A DNA stretch of 64,000 nucleotides, taken from NCBI GenBank assembly GCA_965205865.1, contig CBDBHR010000030.1:96001-160000 (forward strand), written 5' to 3'. The position numbers and the translations under genes are program-made. Shown here piece by piece: positions 28,426 through 38,270 of this stretch. The number at the start of each line of letters is the position of its first letter. The first letter of the stretch is position 1. Source of the stretch: a bacterium. GTDB taxonomy: Bacteria > SAR324 > NAC60-12. The notes below the pieces were generated by a model. That model ran no database searches and was not told the DNA's origin. It worked only from the letters and a program-made list of their open reading frames with translations.

Positions 28426-30270
28426 TTACTGGGTCCTGTCCTTCAACTCCTGGTCAATCCAGAGGCGGACAAGGACGTCATATTCCCTCACGTTTCCTAT
28501 GTGGAATTCACCATTAAAACCTTTCACCCACGGCTGGTTCACCTGATACTCTGGAGTAATAGGACTCCATACCTGAAAATGCTGCTTTATGAGATACCCG
28601 TCAAACGCCTTAAACGCCTTCACTCGCTCCTCCTCGGTGGTAGCGGCCTGAAAGGCATCATAGGCGGCGGTCAGCTCAGGGGTATCGATTTGGCCCACTA
28701 ACTCCTTGCAACCCCACGTACAGTTTATGCGGTACAAGCTTACCCACCAGGCAGGGTCGGAAGGAAAACCCAGGTTGCCAGAGCTCATCTCATAAACCTC
28801 TGTATTCTTACGTTCTACCCAAGTGGGAGTGTCCATTACAGTGGTCTCTACATCAACACCGATTTCAGCCCAGTAGCCGGTCACTATTTCTACATAACCA
28901 AAATCATAGGCGTTGCGAAAGTCAAAGGTGACCTTGAGTCGAACGCCGTCTGCGCCGCGCGGATACCCAGCCTCCTCGAGGAGCTTCTCAGCACCTGCCG
29001 GGTCATAGGTATAGTATTGCTTGATCTCTTCGGGAAACTCTTCAAATGGGGTGACATACCCCGGGACGGAAATCCCTCCCATCGGCTCCACACTTGCAAA
29101 ACCGCCATAGTAGGTGTCGTTAATCGTCTCGAGGTCCAATGCCATCTGCATGGCGCGCCGCACCCTGATGTCATCAAAGGGTGGCTTGCGCACGTTCATA
29201 ATCTGGGTTAAATCCGTACGCTGGAAATAGTTGCTCACCTGGAGGTCGGGGTCGGTCCGCTGGAGGCTCCTTATAACATCGAGGATTTTTATAGCAACGC
29301 CTTGGCCGGCGCCATGTATGATATCAACCTTACCCGTGCGTAGGGCCGATACGCGGGTTGCTTCTTCGGCCATGAACAGGCTCCTTAGCTGGTCAATATA
29401 GGGCAGGCGGTTCTCCGGGTATTTTTCGTCGTGGCGCCAATAGTCAGGATTCCGGACATGGGTTTTGGAGACGCCTTCGACAGATTCTTTCAGCATAATG
29501 GGCCCGGTGCCGACCACGTTTCGCCAATCCTCATAGTTGCCGTATTTGTCGATTACCTCCCGGGGTAATATGAACATCGAAACGTCTTGGAGGATAGCCC
29601 TCAGCGCATCGAGAGATGGCTTCGTCATCTTCATAACAATCGTATATTTGTCGCTGGCCTCTATCGATTCCCATGGCAGGTTGGCCGCATCGTATTTCCT
29701 GACGGAAGGTTCGGTGAATTCGCCCATCCCGAGATTCCGCTGAAAGGAGTAGACCACGTCGGCAGCGGTTAGCTCGCGACCATTTACGAGCCGGCTGGCC
29801 TCACTGTCCGGATCGAGAGCGAAGTGAACCCCCTGGCGGATGTGGAAGATGTAAGTCAGTGGGTCGGGCGTTTCCCAACTTTCCGCCAACTGCCCGGTTA
29901 TGGCAAAATCAGGGAGATAAGTAGTTCTAAAGTCAAACTTGTCTCTGGCTATTCCCCAGTCGCCCCAGGCGAGCCTCTCATTCACGCTACCGATGCCGGC
30001 GGAGGCCGGAAGGTGGCCAGTAAGAAAGGGGTCTGTGCCAACGTTTTTATTTTGGTAGGGATAAGTTAACGTCCCGCCATACTCCGGCGCGGTCACGACC
30101 TTACCCGTGCTGGGGTCCGTCACATACTTCTGGGCTGCAGCCGGGCTGACCCAGAAAGCGGTCACCATCAGGGTGATGGTGAGCAATAATGATTGCAGTT
30201 TTGCAGCAGACCAGGCGCCTGCCGGGTTCAGCCCCACGAGGGAGGCGACAAGTTTCTTTAGAATACCCAT
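28426..30270 (-). CDS. Family 5 ABC substrate-binding protein (DppA-like), intact; alternative in-frame start at 30456
   Basis: AGAGG RBS before MGILKK; signal peptide ending AAA-QK; PEYGGTLT, LAESWE, GTGP, PFDDIRVRRA. Confidence 0.9.
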   Translation of the reverse strand: MGILKKLVASLVGLNPAGAWSAAKLQSLLLTITLMVTAFWVSPAAAQKYVTDPSTGKVVTAPEYGGTLTYPYQNKNVGTDPFLTGHLPASAGIGSVNERLAWGDWGIARDKFDFRTTYLPDFAITGQLAESWETPDPLTYIFHIRQGVHFALDPDSEASRLVNGRELTAADVVYSFQRNLGMGEFTEPSVRKYDAANLPWESIEASDKYTIVMKMTKPSLDALRAILQDVSMFILPREVIDKYGNYEDWRNVVGTGPIMLKESVEGVSKTHVRNPDYWRHDEKYPENRLPYIDQLRSLFMAEEATRVSALRTGKVDIIHGAGQGVAIKILDVIRSLQRTDPDLQVSNYFQRTDLTQIMNVRKPPFDDIRVRRAMQMALDLETINDTYYGGFASVEPMGGISVPGYVTPFEEFPEEIKQYYTYDPAGAEKLLEEAGYPRGADGVRLKVTFDFRNAYDFGYVEIVTGYWAEIGVDVETTVMDTPTWVERKNTEVYEMSSGNLGFPSDPAWWVSLYRINCTWGCKELVGQIDTPELTAAYDAFQAATTEEERVKAFKAFDGYLIKQHFQVWSPITPEYQVNQPWVKGFNGEFHIGNVREYDVLVRLWIDQELKDRTQ

Positions 30271-30324
30271 AGAAACCTCTTTCAATTGAGGGTGAAGAGA
30301 ATGATTCACCCGCCCTGGGGCGAA

Positions 30325-30375
30325 TCGGATCCCCGCTCCCCGCTTTCGCGGGGACAAGTTTGCGAGGACAAGTTT
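30325..30375. repeat. REP-like palindrome inside the extended dppA reading frame
   Basis: Minus strand CTTGTCCCCGCGAAAGCGGGGAGCGGGGATCC; same style as the 541-2356 palindrome. Confidence 0.6.
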
Positions 30376-31050
30376 TTGTACAGCAGACACGACGTCTGCC
30401 ACGATCAGCCCCACTAAAGAGGTGAGACATAACGAAAACGATGTTTTCTGTTTCATAATATTACTCCATCATTTCAGATTAAAAATTTTGGTAACTATTC
30501 AGGTCTCTGAAAAACCCGTTTAGTTCAATATCGGTGAAAAAAGATTCCCGGGGAGGATCGATCGTTTTCAATTCCTCTCACGATATTGTTCAATCGATCG
30601 AGCGGGAACCCCCTCTTTCACCAAAACAACTTAGCGAAAGCATGATTCTAGCACTACTACTACGCAATGTCTACCCCCGGCTGTAAAATAAATGCGGGAT
30701 TCGCAAAAAAAAATCAATAAATCTGCTCAAATCCGGGGACAGTCAGAAGCCGTTCAGTTCAATAACGTTGAAAAAAGATTCCCGGGAAGGATCCATTACT
30801 TCACTTCCTCCCGCACCTATTTTGAATCGAGCGGTGAGAAAGATAGAATTTTTTTGCGCAAAGGGTGTCTTCATCACTCAAAAGAATTGAATTTGCGATT
30901 GCAGGTGTGCTACAAACTATTTTTCTTTCAGTCAGTTCTGAGCAAGCAAATGGTACCGTTATTTGCACGAGGTCCAATTGGGCTTCTTGTTTTTGTGATG
31001 GTTGTTGCTTACAGAATCACGGTAAAAACATTCATAAAAAGGAATAATAT

Positions 31051-32091
31051 ATGAAAAAAACATGGATATTGATTAGTTTGCTTTTGTTTTTCTCAGCACA
31101 AATTTGGGCCGAAACGAAGGTTGCTCTTATTTTTGATGCAGGTGGAAAATTTGACAAGAGCTTCAATCAATCTGCCTGGGAAGGGGCAGTGAAAGCGAGA
31201 GATGAATTGGGAATCACGCTCAAAGACGTGGAACCCGGAGACACGAGTGCCATTGAAGAAGCGTTCCGCGCTTTTGCAGGGCAAGGTTACGACATACTAT
31301 TTGGTATTGGTTTTGCCAATGCGCCCAGTGTGGAGAAAGTGGCATTGGAATTCCCCAATGTCAATTTTGCCATCGTGGACAGTGTTGTTGATTTGCCAAA
31401 TGTGGCTTCTTTGGTTTTCAAGGAGCATGAAGGATCTTTTCTGGTCGGCATGATTGCCGCTATGCGTTCCCGTGAAATCGATGGTCAACGAAAAGTGGGA
31501 TTCATCGGAGGGATGGATATTCCCTTGATTCATAAATTCGAGGATGGATATCGCCAAGGGGCGCAATTGGTCCAACCGGGTATTGAAGTGATTGCCAATT
31601 ACGTGGGAAACACCCCGACCGCCTGGAATGATCCCGCAAAAGCTAAAGAGATCGCCACTTCTCAAATCTCGAAAGGCGCTTCTGTCATTTATTCGGCTGC
31701 CGGTGCATCCGGAAATGGTTTGTTTGATGCCATCAAAGAAACCAATCCCAAAGGGCCGTGTCTACCCAAAACAGAAAATATGAACCGCATGGATTCTTGT
31801 GTCTATGCAATCGGAGTGGATGCCAATCAAAATTACATAATCCCCGGTCAGGTGCTGACCTCCATGCTCAAACGCGTCGACGTTGCCGTGTTCGAAACCA
31901 TCCGGCGCGTCGACGATGGTAGTTTCCAAGGGGGAATCAACGTCTTTGATTTGACAAACAATGGTGTGGGTTATGCCTTGGATGAGCATAATCGACCCCT
32001 GGTGAGCAAGAAAATGCAAGAAGTGGTGGACGAATACCGGATGAAAATCATCAATGGTGAAATTATGGTAAAAGATCCCACTGCCCAATAA
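31051..32091 (+). CDS. BMP-family nucleoside ABC substrate-binding protein
   Basis: DKSFNQSAWEG, F.EHEGSFLVG, GFIGGM..P.I..F, AIGVD.NQ, TSMLKRVD. Confidence 0.93.
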   Translation: MKKTWILISLLLFFSAQIWAETKVALIFDAGGKFDKSFNQSAWEGAVKARDELGITLKDVEPGDTSAIEEAFRAFAGQGYDILFGIGFANAPSVEKVALEFPNVNFAIVDSVVDLPNVASLVFKEHEGSFLVGMIAAMRSREIDGQRKVGFIGGMDIPLIHKFEDGYRQGAQLVQPGIEVIANYVGNTPTAWNDPAKAKEIATSQISKGASVIYSAAGASGNGLFDAIKETNPKGPCLPKTENMNRMDSCVYAIGVDANQNYIIPGQVLTSMLKRVDVAVFETIRRVDDGSFQGGINVFDLTNNGVGYALDEHNRPLVSKKMQEVVDEYRMKIINGEIMVKDPTAQ

Positions 32092-32112
32092 GTAAGAAGG
32101 AACCATAAGATA

Positions 32113-32134
32113 TAGGGAGGAGCGCTCCTCCCTA
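32113..32134. terminator. Intercistronic palindrome after the BMP gene
   Basis: TAGGGAGGAGCGCTCCTCCCTA perfect palindrome. Confidence 0.55.
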
Positions 32135-32183
32135 TTCTTTGAATGACAGGCTGAGGTAGAGCGCTGTCATTGCGGAGGAATCC

Positions 32184-33701
32184 ATGTATGCCGTCGAGAT
32201 GAAATCCATTAGCAAGAATTTTGGAGAAGTGAAGGCCAACGATGCCGTGGATTTGCAAATCAAAGCAGGGCAAATCCATGCCATCGTTGGCGAAAATGGC
32301 GCCGGGAAGACCACCATTATGGAAATTCTCTATGGTTTTTATCAAGCGGATTCCGGTGAAATCATTATATTTGGCAAGTCCGTCCGGATAGAAAATTCGC
32401 ACAAAGCGATCGATTTGGGCATCGGTATGGTCCATCAACATTTCATGCTCATTCCGCCATTGACGGTCACCGAAAATATTATTTTGGGCATGGAGCCGAT
32501 TCGGCGTGGCGGAATCCTGAAAATGCAGGAGGCGGTGGAAAAAATCGAAGAAATTTCTAAAGAGTATGGACTGCAAATTGATCCTTCAGCTGTTGTGGAA
32601 ACACTGCCGGTGGGGATACAGCAGCGGGTAGAAATTCTAAAAGCCCTCTACCGTGGCGCGGAGATCCTGATTCTGGATGAACCCACATCCGTCCTCACCC
32701 CGTTGGAAGTACGCAGTTTTTTCCAAATCCTAGGCCGCTTGGTGGAGCAGGGAAAAACCATCATTATCATTACTCATAAATTGAATGAGGTGCTGGAAAT
32801 TTCCAGTGAGGTGACCGTGATGCGTGGTGGAAAAAAGGTAGGGCATTTGGCTACCAAAGACGCAACCCTGGAATCTTTGGCTACTATGATGGTAGGACGA
32901 GACGTGTTACTGAAGGTTGACAAGCATCCTGCTAATCCCGGGGAGGCGCTCCTGCGGGTGGAGAATGCCTCGATTCAGGTGGAGGGCCAAGCGAAGTTAA
33001 AGAATGTTTCATTTGAAGTGCGGGCAGGAGAAGTACTTGGAATTGCGGGAGTGGAGGGCAATGGTCAGACAGAGATCGTTGAAATCCTTACAGGTCTGCG
33101 AACAGTGGATTCCGGCAAAGTTTTGTATCGAGAGCTAGCGATCACCAATGCTTCCGCGAGGCGGATCAAAGAGCACAAAATCGGCCATATTCCAGCAGAT
33201 CGAAAAGCGCGTGGCTACGTGCCCAATTATAGCAATGCGCAAAATTTGATCCTCGGTTTTCACTACCGGTCCCCATGTTGTCGTCAAAACGGATTTTTTG
33301 ATTTTGTCGCCATTGAAAACAATGCCCGGCGTTTGATCGAAGAATACAATATTCAGCCTCCCTTTAGCGAATTGCCCACCAATAAGTTATCGGGAGGCAA
33401 TCAGCAGAAATTGATTGTGGCCCGCGAATTCAACCAGCATCCCGAGTTGTTGATTGTTTCCCAACTCACCCGAGGGGTGGATATTGGCGCAATTGAGTTC
33501 ATCCATCAGAAAATCTTGGATTTGAGGGAGCAGGGAAAGGCGGTTTTGCTGATTTCTGCGGAGCTGGAAGAAATCCGTTCCTTATCAGACCGTGCAGTGG
33601 TTTTTTATGAAGGAGAAATTACCGGTGAAATCGATCTGGAACATTTTGACGAAAAAGCAATCGGCTTGATGATGACCGGACAAATGAAAAAGGTCGCATA
33701 A
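32184..33701 (+). CDS. Nucleoside/sugar ABC ATPase (two ABC domains)
   Basis: [30 protein letters not shown]. Confidence 0.95.
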   Translation: MYAVEMKSISKNFGEVKANDAVDLQIKAGQIHAIVGENGAGKTTIMEILYGFYQADSGEIIIFGKSVRIENSHKAIDLGIGMVHQHFMLIPPLTVTENIILGMEPIRRGGILKMQEAVEKIEEISKEYGLQIDPSAVVETLPVGIQQRVEILKALYRGAEILILDEPTSVLTPLEVRSFFQILGRLVEQGKTIIIITHKLNEVLEISSEVTVMRGGKKVGHLATKDATLESLATMMVGRDVLLKVDKHPANPGEALLRVENASIQVEGQAKLKNVSFEVRAGEVLGIAGVEGNGQTEIVEILTGLRTVDSGKVLYRELAITNASARRIKEHKIGHIPADRKARGYVPNYSNAQNLILGFHYRSPCCRQNGFFDFVAIENNARRLIEEYNIQPPFSELPTNKLSGGNQQKLIVAREFNQHPELLIVSQLTRGVDIGAIEFIHQKILDLREQGKAVLLISAELEEIRSLSDRAVVFYEGEITGEIDLEHFDEKAIGLMMTGQMKKVA

Positions 33702-33757
33702 GCAAATTTCCGTTTTGAAAACTGCCCCAGTTATAAATAGTCCCTGGCTCCGCAAAT

Positions 33758-34801
33758 ATGTTTCAAAAATACGAAGTGATCACACTACCGTTACTGGCGG
33801 TACTGGCGTCTTTGATTGCGGGGGCTGTACTGATTCTGTCGGTGGGAGAAAACCCACTGGAGGCCTACTGGTTTTTTCTTCAAAACTCATTTTTTTCCGT
33901 CAGCGGTATTGGCTACACCTTGTTCTATGCCACCCCATTGATTTTCACCGGACTGGCGGTTGCATTTGGTTTTCACTGCGGCTTGTTCAACATCGGAGGA
34001 GAAGGGCAACTGCACATGGGCGCCATGATGCTCGCCTTGGTGGCAATCTGGCTGAATGGAGTGTCGGCATGGATCCTGATCCCGGTCTGCTTTCTAACGA
34101 CTTTCCTCGCCGGAGGCGTCTGGGGTGGGATTCCAGGCTATTTGAAAGCCAAATTCGGGGGGCATGAAGTGATCAATACCATCATGATGAATTTCATTGC
34201 CTTCGGTCTGACAAATTACCTGGTGGTCGGTCCCTTCCACCGTAAAGGGACGCAGGTTTTGGAAACCGAGTTTATCCCGGAAGCGGCGAGAATCCCGAGA
34301 CTGCACGACTGGATTTCCAGGGTTCCGGAATCGTTACCGCTGAATTTGGGATTTTTGGTAGCACTGGTGACGTGCGTGTTTGTTTATTTATTGTTGTGGA
34401 AAACCAAATGGGGGTATGAGATTCGGGCTGTGGGCGCCAGTATTTCGGTTGCGGAATATGCTGGCATTCCTGTGAAACGGAATATGATTCTGGCCATGTT
34501 TCTTTCGGGAGGGTTTGCCGGATTAGTGGGGGTGCATGAAGTGATGGGGTATCGATATACTTACCATGACAGTTTCTCCAATGGCGCCGGATTTATCGGC
34601 ATTGCGGTGGCTTTGCTGGGGCGCAACCACCCAGTCGGAATTATTCTCGCCTCGTTGCTTTTTGGCGCCCTCAGTCGGGGAGGGTTGTTTCTTGATATGC
34701 AGTTTGAAAGCCTGTCCCGGGATTTTGTCATGGTACTGCAAGGCGTAATTGTCCTTTTCGTTGCCATGGATCAGTTGTTTAAAAAATTATTCCGCTTGTA
34801 A
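33758..34801 (+). CDS. Nucleoside ABC permease
   Basis: GLFNIGGEGQ, HEVINTIMMNFIA, GIAVALLGRNHP. Confidence 0.93.
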   Translation: MFQKYEVITLPLLAVLASLIAGAVLILSVGENPLEAYWFFLQNSFFSVSGIGYTLFYATPLIFTGLAVAFGFHCGLFNIGGEGQLHMGAMMLALVAIWLNGVSAWILIPVCFLTTFLAGGVWGGIPGYLKAKFGGHEVINTIMMNFIAFGLTNYLVVGPFHRKGTQVLETEFIPEAARIPRLHDWISRVPESLPLNLGFLVALVTCVFVYLLLWKTKWGYEIRAVGASISVAEYAGIPVKRNMILAMFLSGGFAGLVGVHEVMGYRYTYHDSFSNGAGFIGIAVALLGRNHPVGIILASLLFGALSRGGLFLDMQFESLSRDFVMVLQGVIVLFVAMDQLFKKLFRL

Positions 34802-34816
34802 GCGTGCAGGGACTTC

Positions 34817-36049
34817 ATGAAGAAAGAGACCACATCGGAACTTCGGGAAATCATCAAACAACTTCCTAAAACCGACCTCCATGTCCATCTGGACGGTTCG
34901 ATCCGTCTGGAAACCCTGATTGAAATTTCAAAAAGGGAAAACCTCGATCTTCCTAGTTATACGGTAGAGGGTCTGGAAGAGATTCTTTTCAAATCGCACT
35001 ATGAGAGCTTAGAGGAATACCTGTCCACGTTTGCCTATTCATGCGCTGTGATGCAAAAACCGGAATATTTAGAGCAGATTGCCTATGAATTCGCCCGTGA
35101 CAATCAAAATGAAGGGGTGCGGTATGTGGAGGTTCGCTTTGCGCCGCAATTGCTGATCAATCAAAACCAAAATATGGAGACGGTGCTGGAACATGTCAAT
35201 AAAGGGTTGTTGAAAGCACAGCAGAAATTCAATCAGCGACCTGATGTGCGCTGCGGGCAGACACCTCCTTTTTACTATGGCCTGATTGCTTGCGCGATGA
35301 GAAATTTTGGTCCGGTTTCAACGTACTATAAGACGATGATTGATTTACTGGCACACTCCGAGATGCTTGAAATCCGTAAACTGGCGTCCATGGAATTGGC
35401 CAAGGCGGTGGTACGGATTCGGGATGAGCAGGGAATTCCAATTGTTGGATTTGATCTGGCAGGAGCCGAAGCGGGGTATCCGGCAAAAGATCATTGGGAA
35501 GCTTATCAATATGCGCATGAATCCTTCATGCACAAAACAGTGCACGCGGGTGAAGCCTACGGCCCGGAATCCATCTTTCAGGCCATCACGGAGTTGCACG
35601 CCGACCGGATCGGACATGGTTATTATCTCTTTGATGCCTCAAAGATCAAAGATCCACGCATCGCAGACAAAGAACAATACATTTCGGATTTATGCCAATA
35701 TATTGCCGACCGGCGGATTTCCATTGAAGTTTGTCTCACCAGTAACTTGCAAACCAATCCGGCGATCAAGAGAGTGGAAAATCATAATTTCCGTAAAATG
35801 CTGGAATACAACTTGAGTACCACTCTTTGTACAGACAATCGCACGGTCAGTAAAACCTCGGTTACGAATGAGATATGCCTGGCTATGAAAGGATTCGGTT
35901 TGAAAAACCGGTCCTTGAAGAATTGCATCACTTATGGTTTCAAACGAAGTTTTTTCCCTGAAAGTTATACGGAGAAACGCCAATACGTGCGTCGATGCAT
36001 CGACTATTATGAACAATTAACCGAGGGGATTCTTGATTTGGAATCTTGA
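34817..36049 (+). CDS. add: Adenosine deaminase family protein
   Basis: LPKTDLHVHLDGS, Y.EVRFAPQ, GFDLAG.E, HAGE, RIGHG, TDN. Confidence 0.9.
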   Translation: MKKETTSELREIIKQLPKTDLHVHLDGSIRLETLIEISKRENLDLPSYTVEGLEEILFKSHYESLEEYLSTFAYSCAVMQKPEYLEQIAYEFARDNQNEGVRYVEVRFAPQLLINQNQNMETVLEHVNKGLLKAQQKFNQRPDVRCGQTPPFYYGLIACAMRNFGPVSTYYKTMIDLLAHSEMLEIRKLASMELAKAVVRIRDEQGIPIVGFDLAGAEAGYPAKDHWEAYQYAHESFMHKTVHAGEAYGPESIFQAITELHADRIGHGYYLFDASKIKDPRIADKEQYISDLCQYIADRRISIEVCLTSNLQTNPAIKRVENHNFRKMLEYNLSTTLCTDNRTVSKTSVTNEICLAMKGFGLKNRSLKNCITYGFKRSFFPESYTEKRQYVRRCIDYYEQLTEGILDLES

Positions 36050-36981
36050 AAGGTATGTGGGAAATATTCGACTTGGAATTAATCAGTTCCGGAGTGCGGC
36101 TTTCGACTCCGTTGATTTTAGCAGCTTTGGGCGGGATGTTTTCGGAACGCTCGGGAGTTGTCAATATTGCCTTGGATGGGATCATGATTTTCGGGGCATT
36201 TGCTGCCGCCTCGGTTGCTTATGAGCTGGGAAACCCGTGGATGGGGCTGCTCGCGGCAGTGATTGTCGGAGGATTGATCGCGCATGTCCATGGGGTGGCC
36301 AGTATCCGCTATCAGGCCGATCAAATCGTCAGTGGAACCGCCATTAACCTGCTGGCCATCGGAGTGCCGGCTATGTTGGCCAACGCCTTATATGGCTCGA
36401 CCAGCATTACCCCCAATTTAGTATTGCCCTTACCGGTAATAGAACTTCCCTTGATTTCAAAAATCCCGGTATTGAACGTGCTTGTGGGGAAATATTCTTT
36501 TCTGGTGTACTTTGCATTTCTGATGGTACCGCTTTCTTGGTTTGTCTTGTTCAAGACCAGTTTTGGTTTGCGCTTGCGTTCTGTGGGAGAAAACCCCGAT
36601 GCCGCGAATACGGCTGGAGTGAACGTCTATTTGATGCGATTCTATGGAGTGTGGCTCAGTGGTATGCTGGCCGGGTTGGGCGGTGCCTTTCTCTCCATTG
36701 CGCATGGTAGTGCCTTTGTGCGCAATATCTCGGCAGGACGAGGATTCATTGCCCTGGCTGCTTTGATTTTCGGAAGATATAACCCCAAATTGACCTTAGT
36801 GGGTTGTCTCTTGTTCGGCATTGCCGATGCGTTCCAAATCCGGGTTCAGGGCGCCGTTGATATTCCCGTACAGTTTATTCAGATATTCCCTTATGTATTG
36901 ACGATGGTCGTTTTAGCCGGTCTGATTGGAAAGGCAAAGGTTCCGGCAGCCGATGGCATTCCTTATACGCAATCCAAATAA
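36046..36981 (+). CDS. Nucleoside ABC permease
   Basis: SERSGVVNIAL.G, GLRLRSVGENP, GRGFIALAA. Confidence 0.93.
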   Translation: MKGMWEIFDLELISSGVRLSTPLILAALGGMFSERSGVVNIALDGIMIFGAFAAASVAYELGNPWMGLLAAVIVGGLIAHVHGVASIRYQADQIVSGTAINLLAIGVPAMLANALYGSTSITPNLVLPLPVIELPLISKIPVLNVLVGKYSFLVYFAFLMVPLSWFVLFKTSFGLRLRSVGENPDAANTAGVNVYLMRFYGVWLSGMLAGLGGAFLSIAHGSAFVRNISAGRGFIALAALIFGRYNPKLTLVGCLLFGIADAFQIRVQGAVDIPVQFIQIFPYVLTMVVLAGLIGKAKVPAADGIPYTQSK

Positions 36982-36988
36982 GAGAGAC

Positions 36989-37618
36989 GTGCAGCTTCTA
37001 AAAAGTGTTCCGAGCCTTTTCTTGTTGTGCCTGGTTTCTTACGGGGGAAGCTTGCAGGCTCAGACAGAATCTCCACAGCCAAGTGCTGAAAAACAATCCC
37101 ATAGAAACGGAGATAAAGCGTCCGAAGTCAATTTATCCGAAATAAACTGGGATGAGGAAGAGACTGAAGAAACCGAGTCAACCTCTGTCAGCGACTTGCA
37201 AAACATTAACTGGGATGAAGAAGATGCAGAGGATTCAGCCATCGGAGAGGCGGAATCCGACTCAGAAAGCGGAACATCGACTTCCAGCTTGCAAAGTATA
37301 AATTGGGATGATGAAGATAGTGATGACGAATCGGCAGACTTCATTCATCCCCCTGAAAGCCGGGAAGCGAGTGAGGAATTGTCAGAAGGAGAAATCATGC
37401 TCATTCACTGGAGCGGAAGTATCCTTTTTTTGCTTTACATCTCTATGAGTTTAGGGAGCGGTTACTTTCTCAGAAATTCGAAATTGTCGGAGCGTTTTCC
37501 ACCGGATATTTTGATCATATTGCATACCCTCTGGCCTCTGGAATGGGCCATGCTACCTTTTTTCAGAAAAAGAAAAGGCGTTGAAGAAAGATTTGCGCCA
37601 TCGAGGCAGGAAGATTGA
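36989..37618 (+). CDS. Hypothetical membrane protein with acidic region and three INWD motifs
   Basis: Signal-like N-terminus, LSEINWDEE/LQNINWDEE/LQSINWDDE, C-terminal TM; tightly packed in the operon. Confidence 0.65.
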   Translation: MQLLKSVPSLFLLCLVSYGGSLQAQTESPQPSAEKQSHRNGDKASEVNLSEINWDEEETEETESTSVSDLQNINWDEEDAEDSAIGEAESDSESGTSTSSLQSINWDDEDSDDESADFIHPPESREASEELSEGEIMLIHWSGSILFLLYISMSLGSGYFLRNSKLSERFPPDILIILHTLWPLEWAMLPFFRKRKGVEERFAPSRQED

Positions 37619-38209
37619 ATGAGAGCGGAACGATTGAAAGAACAACTGGCGTTTCTTGTAGAAATTGATAAGCTGAAAGGAATTGTGAGACGGACACATT
37701 TGCTGGAAACGCCACGTTTGGAAAACTCGGCGGAACATAGCTGGCACATTGCGATGATGGCGCTTTTGCTCAGTGAACATGCAGAGGAAGAAATCAACCA
37801 GCTTCGGGTCCTCAAAATGCTGCTGATTCATGACATCGTGGAAATCGATGCCGGGGACACATTTTGTTATGATCAAGAAGGCGCCATGGATAAAGAGCGT
37901 CGTGAAATAGATGCGGCAGTCCGGCTTTTCGGATTGCTGCCAAGCGACCAAGGAAATGAATTGAGAGCCCTTTGGGACGAATTCGAAGCCCAAGAAACTG
38001 CTGAGGCAAAATTCGCCGGAGCAATGGACCGTCTGATGCCATTGTTGCACAACTACCATAGTCAGGGAAAAGGGTGGAGAGAGCATGCAATAACCCGATC
38101 GCAGGTCGTAGAGCGAAATAAGCATATTCAAGCCGGTTCAGCAGAGCTCTGGCAATATGCGAGTGAAATCATCGAAAAATCCGTGGAAAAAGGGTATTTG
38201 GCTCCTTGA
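37619..38209 (+). CDS. HD-domain phosphohydrolase (HDDC2/YfbR-like)
   Basis: ENSAEHSWH, LIHDIVEIDAGD, A.A.DR..P. Confidence 0.9.
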   Translation: MRAERLKEQLAFLVEIDKLKGIVRRTHLLETPRLENSAEHSWHIAMMALLLSEHAEEEINQLRVLKMLLIHDIVEIDAGDTFCYDQEGAMDKERREIDAAVRLFGLLPSDQGNELRALWDEFEAQETAEAKFAGAMDRLMPLLHNYHSQGKGWREHAITRSQVVERNKHIQAGSAELWQYASEIIEKSVEKGYLAP

Positions 38210-38270
38210 AAGGCATGCGGATTTGCGAGGGATGTTTCATTTTATGAACCAATCAATGAAAGAGGTTGCT

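Noticed and set aside
27623-28546. Long antisense or alternate-frame ORFs (e.g. 27623-28546, 1575-2180, 20203-20853, 54254-54928)
   Set aside because: Shadows of well-supported genes, with no recognisable motifs
30692-31054. 120-aa ORF upstream of the BMP gene
   Set aside because: Spans repeat and promoter DNA, with no RBS or recognisable motif
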